From: Euprymna scolopes | Taxonomy: Eukaryota | Length of the DNA stretch: 64,000 nucleotides | Assembly: GCA_053919585.1 (NCBI GenBank) | Contig: CM132784.1 | Reading direction: 5' to 3' (one strand) | Shown here: piece by piece, positions 53,493 through 64,000 of the stretch | Numbering within the stretch: the first letter of the stretch is position 1 | Layout of the letters: the number at the start of each line of letters is the position of its first letter | Made by a program: the position numbers and the translations under genes | The notes under the pieces: generated by a model | Databases searched by the model: none | The model's input: only the letters and a program-made list of their open reading frames with translations | What the model was told of the DNA's origin: nothing

Positions 53493-55521
53493 TGTTACAA
53501 TCACAAAGTGAAAAGGATTAACTGCTACTGCCGGATTATCGTCACGAAAACGGAATTCAGAGTGAAGGGCTCTGAGAAAAGTCCAAGTCCAGGACAAAGG
53601 TGGTTGGACACTTTACATCAGTTCACAGTGCACCGAAAAAAACAAAAAACAAAAAACAAAAAAAACATATCCATTCTGTTCAATACTTGCAAACAGAACA
53701 AAATCACAGGGAAGAAATGACGTTAAATTTGAACTCAACCTCAGATCAAAAGTCTCAAACTCAAATCCAACTGTACTCTTCTCTCTGCACTTTCCACACT
53801 AACGCCCAAAATAAAGAAGACGGCTCTTTTATAGAGAGACCCAACCACATCTCATTTGCATACCCCCTCCCCCCTCTCGTCACATCACGTGATTTTCAGT
53901 CCATAAATACCAAGGGGTTGACATTTTTATTTTCTCTTTTTTTTCTTTCCTAACACGAGCCGCACGATGCATGAGGTAAGGTTTTTTACTTTTAACCACA
54001 CGCCCCCTTGATCTCTAAGATCAATAATTAGTATCATAGTCCGCCATCCACGCTGGGCGTCTTCGTTCACGGTGCGATCGTCGAAGACGCTCTTCTTCAC
54101 ACACTTCAACATCAGCATCAACCTCCTCTCCCTCTGATGGCAAGGAGACTCTCCGTATATCTAAAATGTGACGAGGCATTCCGTCAATCGCTACCTTGTT
54201 TTTGGAGAGTACTTCAGTCACTGTACCTTTTCCCCAGCAAGCCGTGCAACGAGAATTGGGTGGTTTCACCCACACCTCTTCACCAACTCCGATGTCCACG
54301 CATGCCTGTTCTTCTCTCTGCCTTACAACCAATGGATGTCGCCATTAATAAGAGAAAATAGACCGGTGCGGCACTGAATTTTCGTCTTGACCAGCCTTCG
54401 GCATCATATTGTACCAAAAAACTGCTTCTTGGGGCGAAATCTGGCTTGATGCCACAGCTTTTATATAATTCCATTTCCACTTGGACGGTATGCAACTCTA
54501 AAATATAGCCCCACATTCCACTTCGCACATAAGTCTCTAAAAACTTCCGAGCGGAAAGACGTACCATTATCCACCAACACCTCTTCTACTGGCCCCCTTT
54601 CCATAAAAACCTCCTCGACAACTCTCTTTATCTCTTCTGCTGTTTCATTCTTGATTTTCCGCCATATCGCTACTCTCCCAGGCCCACAATCAATCATAGT
54701 TACATGCGGTTCATGTTGATAATGTGTGATGTTAATGGCCAATCTCCGCCAATTCTCTTCAACATGCAGTTCCCTTTTTTCATGTCTAGCCGGTGTAGGG
54801 TCGATTGATTGGCATTCCCTACATTGTTCCACCACCTTTTGGACGTCTTGCATTGTGACGTGCGGGTTTACTTTTCTTGCCAGGTAAAGAGTCCGTTCCT
54901 TTCCAAAATGATGCAGGTTATGCAGGTCTTTTAAATTCTCTACTGCAAAACATGCTGGAGCCCCGTCTCTTTCCTTGTGTAGCCAGGCTTTCTTGACTCT
55001 TGTCAGCCCATCTGCTTTATTTTTTGTGATGGAACTAAGGTAATAGTTACCTTTAGTTCGAATTCTCGAACCAAGTCTCCCAGCGCTCCAAGTCTACGCT
55101 TGATAAGCATCTCCGCTGCTCCTTTTGTTTTGATCTGCTTATCACCAGACAGCTCCGATTTAATCCACGACACCACTGTTACAGAGTCTGTTTTAACGTT
55201 CACTATCTGTAGCCCCCATTTTAGAGCCAGATTGATGCCTTTCATCACAGCATCAAGTTCCACAACATTGATATGTGCGCTATCATCCTTTTTGCGTAGC
55301 CAAGCAGCATCTTCAACAGCCACTTCTATTTCCATAAATATCAGGGGGCAGCCATTATAGAGAGACCCAACCACATCTCATTTGCATACCCCCTCCCCCT
55401 CTCGTCACATCACGTGATTTTCAGTCCATAAATACCAGGGGGCAGCCATTTTATTCTCTTTTTTTTTCTTCCTAACACGAGCCGCACGATGCATAAGGTA
55501 TGGTTCTCTATTTTTAACCAC
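53493..55521 (-). mobile_element. Internally deleted Ty3/Gypsy LTR retrotransposon
   Basis: RNase H (HINVVELDAVMKGINLALKW..KTDSVTV), integrase HHCC (HNLHHFG..CREC) and core (VLVDNGTSF..RVAYRPSGNGII). PPT CAAGGGGGCG (54010-54001) is followed by the 3' LTR starting TGTGGTTAAA at 54000. The LTR 5' part is repeated at 55356-55521. The left boundary is uncertain. Confidence 0.9.
54021..55335 (-). pseudogene. pol: Frameshifted pol remnant (RNase H, integrase, C-terminal tail)
   Basis: ORF pieces at 55003-55374, 54461-54853, 54280-54567 and 54021-54332. The first catalytic Asp reads N (LAINITH) and the catalytic Glu segment after GNGII is deleted. Confidence 0.85.
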
Positions 55522-55649
55522 TAGAAAAAATTCACTTAGTTATCCTATGTAAATGCAATGCAAAAAAAGTACGACGTATTTATTTACTAAACATTTATCA
55601 AAAAAACAAAAAAAACAAAAACAAAAAAAGAACGCCATTATAATTACAT

Positions 55650-56120
55650 CTGAGTTAGTATTTAGATATCCGAATCTTTCATATTGATCATCAAAAAAGG
55701 TTTGTACAATTTCTAAAAGTGACGTTTGGCTTTGAGGAACATCTACTCGTTTTTTTCAATAAAATATGTTAATTTAAATCGTATCGCATCTCGTGTCCGT
55801 ATGCATTCTCATGCAAATGCAATTATTATTGGTAGGCATGATGAACTGATCCACCACGGTGACCCCTGACCTAGACAATGTGAAGTATATGTTCATAATG
55901 AATTACAAAAACTAAATAATAATCGAGTTAGTGTTCAGATATTCGAATCTTTCATACGTATTAATCAGCAAAAAAGTTTGTAAAAGTGACGTTTGGCTTT
56001 TAAGAAGATCTATTCGTTTTCTAAATAAAATATTTTAAATTTAAATTTGATCACATCTTGTATTCCATACGTTTTATCACGTAAAGGTTGCGGGTCTGAT
56101 GAACTGAGGCCGCGGGATTG
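55650..56120 (+). repeat. Diverged ~274-bp tandem duplication
   Basis: GAGTTAGT..AGATAT(C/T)CGAATCTTTCATA and TAAAAGTGACGTTTGGCTTT occur in both copies (starts ~55652 and ~55925). Confidence 0.75.
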
Positions 56121-56854
56121 ATTGTGCACCTGGGCCGTAGTTTAATGATCAAGTCTTTGATCATGTATTATCCAGGAAGTACAGACCCAATTCTCAAAAT
56201 ATATGCAAAAGAAAACGATGGTTGTTTTTTTTTTCATTTAATATTATTTAATCATTTGTTGAAATCACGAATTACTAGTATTCTAAACAAAATGTTTTCA
56301 TCACATCTACAGATTTACCTGCCTCTTCGTCTCCAAATTAGCTTTTAGTTTTGTTGGCACAGCAATACAATAACTTGAATGCCGTATTGGGTGCAGAATG
56401 ACACAGAGTTCCTCGTTTATTCACAGGCAACACTGAATATTCCTGCTAGCAAAGTACATAATTTATTTACTGAATGTGAAGCACGAAAGAAGATTCTGTA
56501 CACACATATAAAGAGTTGAAAGAGAAATTGTTTGTTACATGTATTTTGGTTTCGGTTATTGAATTTTAACTGAAAAGGTGTGTCTATATAAGAATAAACG
56601 GTTCTTTTTTGTTATTGTAGCGAAATTCAAAAATTGCAATATTGAATTTTAAGTGAAATCAATAGTATCTACTGAATTGTCATGCCACAGTAAGAAACAT
56701 ATCCAAAAATTACGAAAAACGATAAGATAGAAAAGTAATTATTAATGAAAATAGTTTGTCGAATTCGATTTTTAGATTCCACAACAATAACGGACAAGAA
56801 CCGAATAAAGAATGGTTACGAGATTAAAACTTGTGTATATTTCCGTGCTGTTCG

Positions 56855-57021
56855 CTACAAACGCTGAAAGATGTAAGAAAGCCTTTTACTCCAATAGTTT
56901 CTTCCCCAGAAGTGCTAGACTTTGGAACTCCCTTCCGGGATCCTGCTTTCCCAACTTTACTGACACGCAGAAGCTCCAGTGTAATGTGAACAGACATGTT
57001 GCTGCTCATCTCCCTTCATAA
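56855..57021 (+). mobile_element. Extreme 3' end of a LINE ORF2
   Basis: KKAFYSNSFFPRSARLWNSLPGSCFP..KLQCNVNRH, the classic SFFPR..LWN.LP motif. Confidence 0.85.
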
Positions 57022-57187
57022 TGTCCCTGCAACTTATGTCCTCGATTGTAGCCCATACTTTAAAGTGGCACTAGGGTGAAAATTGAATTAAAAGCGATTT
57101 AAAAAAAATAGGAACTAACAGACCATGAAAACAAAAAATTAAGAAAAGCACTCTATCCAACCAAAAACGCAACTGTCTGACAAAACG

Positions 57188-57275
57188 CAAGTGAAGAAGG
57201 TCAGACGTTACATCGGCTGAAACATTGTGGAAATAACATCCAAGTTGAGAAGAGTAGTCTGAATAGTCCAAATAA
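57188..57275 (+). mobile_element. Degenerate Penelope-like terminal repeat (related to 60385-60517)
   Basis: GTGAAGAAGGTCAGACGTTACATCGGCTGAAACATTG...CAAGTTGAGAAGAGTAGTCTGA aligns with CTGACGAAGGTTGAAGGCTACATCGACCGA(A/T)ACGTTG...CAAGATGAGAACAATAGTCCGA. Confidence 0.55.
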
Positions 57276-57914
57276 TACAGTCCTTATCTAAAAAATCTCT
57301 AAAAGAAAGACAATGGTTGACATCACAATGTCTAGAGCTATTCGCGCGATATTGAAACTTGTACGAGTTTACGTAATGACCGCTACAAGCTAATAGAATA
57401 ACCGACCACCGAAACAAAAAGAAAAAGACCTAGGTACTAATCAAAAAGCGGCTGGCAGATGCGTGATGTCCTCTCAAGATTTTGTTGTTAATATAGGAAT
57501 TTCTTCTATGGAAGCCAATCAAAGAATAAAAATAAGTTTCCTTTCCAATCATGAACACCTTTCACTTATCCTTTGTTCCCCCACCTCGTTCCTGGTTGTA
57601 ATAATAATCTTCGTCCACACGATGAAGATTTGATCTTTAATCTGTGGTGGATTACGTTTCCGGATTTTAACTTCGCATCAATGTTTCGTTTACCGACGAT
57701 GGATCCGTCTCGGGCGGAATTTGATTAAATTCCACGTTATTATTAACGAACGGCAGTCTAATTTCGTCTTAGCTTCAAGGAAAGTCCATCTCATCGGATT
57801 TCGTGTAATGATAATAGTGGATGTTTAGAAACTCGAAAAAACGGATGCGGAAAGAATGAAAAAGGGAGATAATCTGTGACTTTTGTGTGTTTCGAAAATT
57901 AATTCTTAATTAAA

Positions 57915-58070
57915 TAATCTGAGTGACAAGACTACCCAGATTTCTAATGCTCTCCACATTCTTCGATAATCATTGCAAATGATTCTGTGTTATCTCAACA
58001 ACTGCTAGCAATAATCAATTGTCTTCTTTGGGATTTGAGTTACACTAAGTCTTCTTAATGCCCGCACTCT
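57915..58070 (-). mobile_element. Degenerate RLE-type LINE 3' end
   Basis: TCTGAGTGACAAG..TCTCCACATTCTTCGATAATCATTGCAAATGATTCTGTGTTATC aligns with 51610-51690. Confidence 0.45.
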
Positions 58071-58943
58071 TTTAGTGGAGGTCGATTTAGTGCTTTTGCA
58101 ACGTTGTCCGGGAACCAACACGTTGTATGCTAAGTCGCAAAGTGGACAAAGAATAAAAAAGAACTTCTACTCGTTTTTTTTTCTAGCAACATTTATTTTC
58201 TCATTGTTATGTTACCGCTGTGGTTTCGTGATAGTCTTCTCGAACGTTATTCACGTCTCTAATAATTACGTGATCTCGAACGTTATCTCCTTCCGTGATC
58301 CATGTCTCTCCTTGGTTGTCTTCTTTCTCCTTTTATAGTTTTTTCTTTATCAGTGACGTCATTTCGCATATAGCAGTCCGCACTATTTTGCACATTCCCT
58401 GCTTGGTCTTTCTATCCTCCTTGACATTTCACGACAATTTTTATGACGTCAGCTGATGTTTGTGTCATCACTTTATGTTTAGGGGGCAGTTAATGAGATT
58501 TCTTGCAGTTTCAATTCCATTGAGATCACGTTGGTTTCTTTCTATATATTTGCTCTGCTTCTATTACAACTTCCGTTTTGCTGGTTAGCGCTTGTAGTTT
58601 ATGTGGTGTATTGCTATGAAACTATTTTCCCAGATATTACCTCCTCATTTGTGAGACGGCTAGTGTAATATATGTTTGTTTATCATGCTACTATTCCCCA
58701 GCCATTAACCCAATCCTTTTCTTGACCAGAGAGTAGTGAAGTATCTATGATCATGATACCATCCTACCAGGCCTTATCTCCTCCTTTATGGAGTAATTTA
58801 GTATCTGTTTTATTTGTTATAAGATCACTTTTCCAGCATTACCTCTTCCTTTCGGATTAATGTAATATCTGTCCTGTCATCATTATACCATCTTACCAGG
58901 CATTATGTCATTTTTCAGTAGGTAGTACATATTAATAAGAAAT

Positions 58944-59311
58944 TGTCACAATCAGTTGTTTATTAGCAAACCTCAAAACATTCGTTGTTCTTTGCGACGT
59001 TAAGAGAAGGTAAACCTTGAAAGACTGCACAAAATCAAATGTTATACCGACAGAACAAGACAGCTAGTGCCGCAACGGCCCAGCTCGTTTGATGATTGTC
59101 TAAGACGTAATCAAGACTAATATGAAGTGTCAATCTTTGTTAGAGATTATTTTCCTTAAATAAGAACTGTACTGTCAATAGATTACTATAAATGGTTATC
59201 TTTGTTTATATGAAACTGTTTTGAACTAAATACAACTATATACTATTAAAAAGTTCTGGTATTTTTTAGTTTTCCTGTCCGTATGGAAATAAAAACATTC
59301 ACACCTCGACA
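58944..59311 (+). mobile_element. Candidate solo LTR
   Basis: TGTC...GACA termini, TATAAAT (~59187), downstream ATTAAA/AATAAA, and near-TSD flanks GAAAT/AAAAT. Confidence 0.4.
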
Positions 59312-60179
59312 AAAATACATCGGCAAAGTTCACCTAAAAAAGCAGTTTTTCTTTGTCAATATATGAGTTTGAATATCACATTAGGCTAAATAATTGTTTA
59401 TCTGATTAATTACTGAAATCAAAACAGCATAAAAACGTCACATAAATGTTTTTAACTAAATGACCTGGTTTTTATAAACAAATAATAAAAAAAACAGCCG
59501 CACAGGATATTCATCATTAGTTCAAAACGATTATTTTTGCTTAAAAACAGAATTTTTAATGTATTTACTAATAAAATTAATACATAAATACATTCATCGT
59601 AGTTACTTATTCTTTCTTGTAAATACTAAGTAATCTATTTTTTCTGTGAGATTTCACAAATGTTTTTCATCATATTAGCTATATGAAACGGTAGAAAACA
59701 AAGATGAGACTTAGTATACACAGGAACTGTACCGCCGCCACTCAAGAAGCGGGTGTTAATTAGTTTTTATAAACTCTATTCTGATCGTGTACTTTTTTTT
59801 ATTATATAAAACACCTGTTACTCTGAAGACATTTATTTTCAAGCAAATACGTAGGAGTATAGAAATTGGATTGGACACGGACCTGGGTGTTGTCGTGCGA
59901 ACATAGGAAGATATAGTTTCCGTGTTGACAGTAAGTATGTTTTGCTATTGTCTTGTTTTGACAGCTTATAATCGAGAGGAAAAACCGTACGTAAATCGAT
60001 GGCTGTCCACGAAAACGCTGCAAGAAAATAAATGGAAAAATCACACACACATAAACATACATGCACATAGACTCGCACACAAAACACACACGGACATACA
60101 TACACACACACACACACAGAGACATATGTATATACACACACATAACGCCAGTAAACAGAAACTTATTTATATTACTTGT

Positions 60180-60517
60180 TTTTATCGAACTATTGTTCTC
60201 ATCTTGAGCGTTATTATTTGGGCAACGTTTCGGTCGATGTAGCCTTCAACAATCGTTATGCATGTTGGTCGCCATCTTGGAAAAGAAAGGAAAAAGTTAT
60301 TTGCTCTGTAGATTACTTCCTACTCTTCACATATACGAAACCACGGCGATGAAAAAACAAAAACAACTCCAAAAATACAAAACCATCTACGGAGCCAGTA
60401 ATTTTTCTCCTTTCTTTCCCAAGATGGTGACCAACATGCCTGACGAAGGTTGAAGGCTACATCGACCGATACGTTGCACAAACAACACTCAAGATGAGAA
60501 CAATAGTCCGATCAAAA
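60180..60517. mobile_element. Inverted pair (~130-bp arms) of Penelope-like terminal repeats with hammerhead-like cores
   Basis: 60180-60313 is the approximate reverse complement of 60385-60517. The right arm reads CTGACGA-AGGTTGA..TCGACC-GATACGTT; the left arm (minus strand) reads ..TCGACC-GAAACGTT. Confidence 0.7.
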
Positions 60518-61887
60518 TAAATGATACAAAAAATCAGCTCTCATCTAAAAAATTCAGAACTGTAAGAAACTTTTTTCTTTCGTCTTCGTTGGTGTCTGGC
60601 CATCGAACTAAAACAGAATAAGTAGAACGCGGATTTCAATGTTCGATCTGTCTTTTGTCGGAGATAAAAGAAGCCGATTCTAATATAGTCTTTATTTATT
60701 TATTTTGTCCATAATCGTATTGACACACCGATTCGCCTTTGATAAGTAATAATAATAATGTCTCTTTCTAAATAAGTCTTCTGCAAAATTCTAAGCAATA
60801 GTGGTATTCTACATTTTTTGGTACTTTTTGAGCATTGAGCGACATGGCATATTTGTTTATTAGTTGCTCCTTTACAAAGGCTAATGCATGCGCTGATAAC
60901 ATTTTTTATCTATTTACTTATATTGGCTAAACTTCTTGAATTAATGTTAAAAAGAAAATTAACTATTTATTGATAATTTCTCAATTTTACTTACGTCTTT
61001 AATTTACATGCGTGAATAACTTTTTAGTAAATATTTACATTAGGTCCATCTCCACATTGTTCTTTTAAATGATGAGTTGTATAAATAATATATGGGGGGG
61101 CAGTGTTGATCGCAGAAAAGTAGATTCGTTTATCGCAATTAGATTTTCTGATTCAGCATAGTCGAATACCTATAATAGGGCGAAATATATTTGCTATTAT
61201 AATTTTTTGTGTGAAAATATTAAATAAACAATGCTTAATTCAATGGTAATATCGGTCATTCGAGAAATCCATTTTTCTTCGAGTTATATCGAATTCAGTA
61301 ATACGGACTTTAGGGGCTTTTTTCCTTATGTTCCTATAAAAATTAAATAATTTTTAAAATAGTGTTATAATTTACGATGCTTTATTTTCATAAAAAAAAG
61401 CAAAAATAAATTCTCTAAATTTTTTATTACTACAGAAAATCATAACTTTAATAAAGGTATTTTTTGTTTAAGCAAAACAATACATTTTCCCTAAGATTTA
61501 AATAAAAAAAATAATGGGTTTATTCTATTCCGTGATCATTATTTGATAAATACTGACAATTCCATTAAAATTGGTTAATTTCCTGATTTTGGGTGAATTT
61601 TTAAGTAAAGGGAGGGAGGTATAAATGTTTATACAATTTAAGCATCGGCATTCATTTTGCCCGAACCAGGTTTTATCTTTGGAGTCTCGATAATGACTTA
61701 AATATGAAAATAAAACAAATTACTAGCATTAATTCACCCAATAAATGTTATGATAACGTTTATTGGCTGGGTTTCTTCCAGTATTTTGTTTTATTTTTAT
61801 GTTTAAGCTATAATTGAGCCTAAGTTAAAGATGGCTTTCTAAACATTCTTCAGAACCTGAAGAGGGGGCTTCGTAACTATTCTGTAC

Positions 61888-62478
61888 TTTCACCTAACAA
61901 TTTAATAAATAAATAAACCTGGGATGGGAAATTGGTACTCTCGTCAGAAGATATATACTGATAAAGTTATATACTGATAAAGTTCAATATCAGGAACTGA
62001 ATATGATAAAACACCGTTTGCTGCTATCTTTGAATTGGGTACTTTTCTGGTTTGCCCATATTTTTTTAAAGTATTGGTGCTTTTGTTTTGTTTTTGTTTG
62101 TTTTTGTTGGGATGGAGGTTGGCAAAAATATGCGTGCGTGCGCATATAACAATAGTCACCACTCCTAACATGTAGAATTGCATTGCTTAATATCCGGAAA
62201 ACTACTTATTTGCGGAAAATTAAATGCGATATTTTATGTTATAAGTGGCGGTCATTGTTGTACATGCAAGCGCGCACATGTATCTTTTTATTACATCAAA
62301 CTTTTGGAAAAGTATCTTTTCACTATCGTAAAAATTAGTAGCCGTCCTCAATTTTAAATGTGATATTCGTTTTGAGCATACCCTGAACCCCTTTCACCTA
62401 ACAATTTAATAAATAAAAAAAACTTGGGCTGAGAAATTGATACTCTCACCAGAAGATATATACTGATAAAATTCAACA
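61888..62478 (+). repeat. ~90-bp direct repeat (61888-61985 and 62391-62478)
   Basis: CTTTCACCTAACAATTTAATAAATAAA...CAGAAGATATATACTGATAAA occurs twice. Confidence 0.8.
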
Positions 62479-63841
62479 TGTCAAGAATTTTTTTTAGAAC
62501 ATTCATTTTTAAAGTTTTTCATTGAAAAGTACCCATAAACAACATAAATTGCCTTTTTGTAGATTTAGAATATCAATCATCGAGAAAAAATGGTTCACCA
62601 TTGAGATTACATATGTTTTATGTTATAATTTAACTAACCTTTAACACTTTTCAAAATTCTTTTTTATTATATAACTTTTTTCCATAAAATATGTGTTGCA
62701 TGGAGAAAATTCAGTTTCATCAACATAATTTTTTATATGGATTTTGTGACCATGGTGTTTATGTATATATTAATCAGAATTAAAATAGCTTTACAAAGAT
62801 ATCAGACATGACCATATTGTGAAATATCAAAATGTTTTATATGAAGTAGCAGGTACTACATTCCGCCATTTTGAATTTAGCCCATTTCTTTAAAACGCTT
62901 GTAGGAATAGTTCAGGGTTAAGGTTTCGAATGAAGCAGATTTCATTTTTTTCCCATCATATTTTCCCTTTTGGCAATGGTTTCAACCATTTGTTTGATTA
63001 AAAATTCGATAATATGCGTAAACGCTTACTTTCTTAAGTGGTCTTATGATTTTGACCAGGACTGTATATAACGGAAATTAACGCCTCCGCTATTGCAGCG
63101 GGGGTTAGAGATAGTGGTCGCTGTTTCTGACTGTAACATTTGTTTGCATTTCTTTATTTTCTTTCTTTTTTGTTTTTCTTTGCAACAGCCGTCGTCATAA
63201 TCGTGGTTGTTGTATTGATTGTGTAGCAAAGTCAATAAAGCAAACTGCTGCGGTAGGTTAAAAATTAGACAAACGAACATAATTATCTAGTTTTATTTCT
63301 TTCTTCATTCATTGCTTAATCTTTTTTTCTTTCCACTTCTTTCATGGCAGGCTGGTGTTGAGATGCGTTTCGAAGAAATGATAAAAAATAAATGATTTTA
63401 ATTGTTACCCTTTTTCTTTCTCTGCTCTGCTGTGATTTCTTCGTCACTCCCCCTAAAGCGAGAAATTTTCACAGAAACATGTGAAGTCAAAATATTTTCC
63501 AACCAATAAAAATCGTTTCACTTCGCCCCCATCCCAACCTAACAAACCGGTGTGAAATTAAACAAGCCTATAAAAGCATTGACTTGCTGGACGAAAACGC
63601 AATGCGCATCGACTCCCAACACAAACAATGCTTATCTTAGAAGACTGGAATGCGCTAAGCTGACATTCCTTTAAGTCTGATGCTATATATTATATAACGA
63701 CATTCATCCAGAAGGTAAATTCTCTCTCTCTCTCACACACACACACAACGTAATTTTGAAACGAACTTTTTCACGCTTTCGCCGATTTCTTATTCAAACA
63801 CTTGTAATTCAAACTTCAACAAACTTTGGTCTTTCAAAATA

Positions 63842-64000
63842 TCTATATTTTTATAAAGTAATAGGGTTCGTGTGTTTCTGTCTGTGTGTACAGCTCTCCA
63901 TCATCAACGAAATATAAAGGAGGTAAGAGGGTAGATCTCTCCTGGTAGAGAAACATTAGAACCCATTTTAGGATGTTTCTGTTATAGGAGACATAAGAAT
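63842..64000 (+). mobile_element. Probable 5' end of another Helitron-like element (runs off the window)
   Basis: A|TCTATATTTTTATAAAG followed by a GTGTGT/CTGT tract, the same architecture as the other Helitron-like 5' ends here. Confidence 0.4.

Noticed and set aside
63044-63280. 78-aa ORF or exon on the minus strand
   Set aside because: Low-complexity, no recognisable domain, and it runs into a Tc1-like terminus (TA|CAGTCCTGGTCAAAAT at 63064) whose partner end I could not find.

Overview
This is AT-rich, repeat-dense animal genomic DNA, probably from an invertebrate. The LINE fragments resemble types common in crustaceans, but that is inference only. It is not prokaryotic. I found no intact protein-coding gene; most listed ORFs are repeat or transposon by-products. 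The main contents are: (1) a ~16.3-kb array of a 40-bp satellite (28118-44458) with a multi-level higher-order structure; (2) three minisatellites; (3) a decayed full-length mariner; (4) at least five non-autonomous Helitron-like elements sharing one 3' terminus; (5) several MITEs; (6) fragments of three LINE groups (CR1/L2/Jockey-like, RTE, RLE-bearing R4/NeSL-type); (7) an internally deleted Gypsy LTR element; (8) a 5S-rRNA-derived SINE3-like element; (9) an inverted pair of Penelope-like termini with hammerhead-ribozyme-like cores. Two heavily decayed minus-strand segments (about 2.25-2.9 kb and 7.27-8.29 kb) carry ionotropic-receptor (IR/iGluR-family) motifs in the correct domain order and are probably chemoreceptor pseudogenes. 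There are two assembly gaps. I see no convincing new biological system. The best leads are the satellite higher-order repeat, the IR pseudogene pair, the hammerhead-bearing inverted repeat and the shared-terminus Helitron family. All family assignments come from motif recognition by eye.
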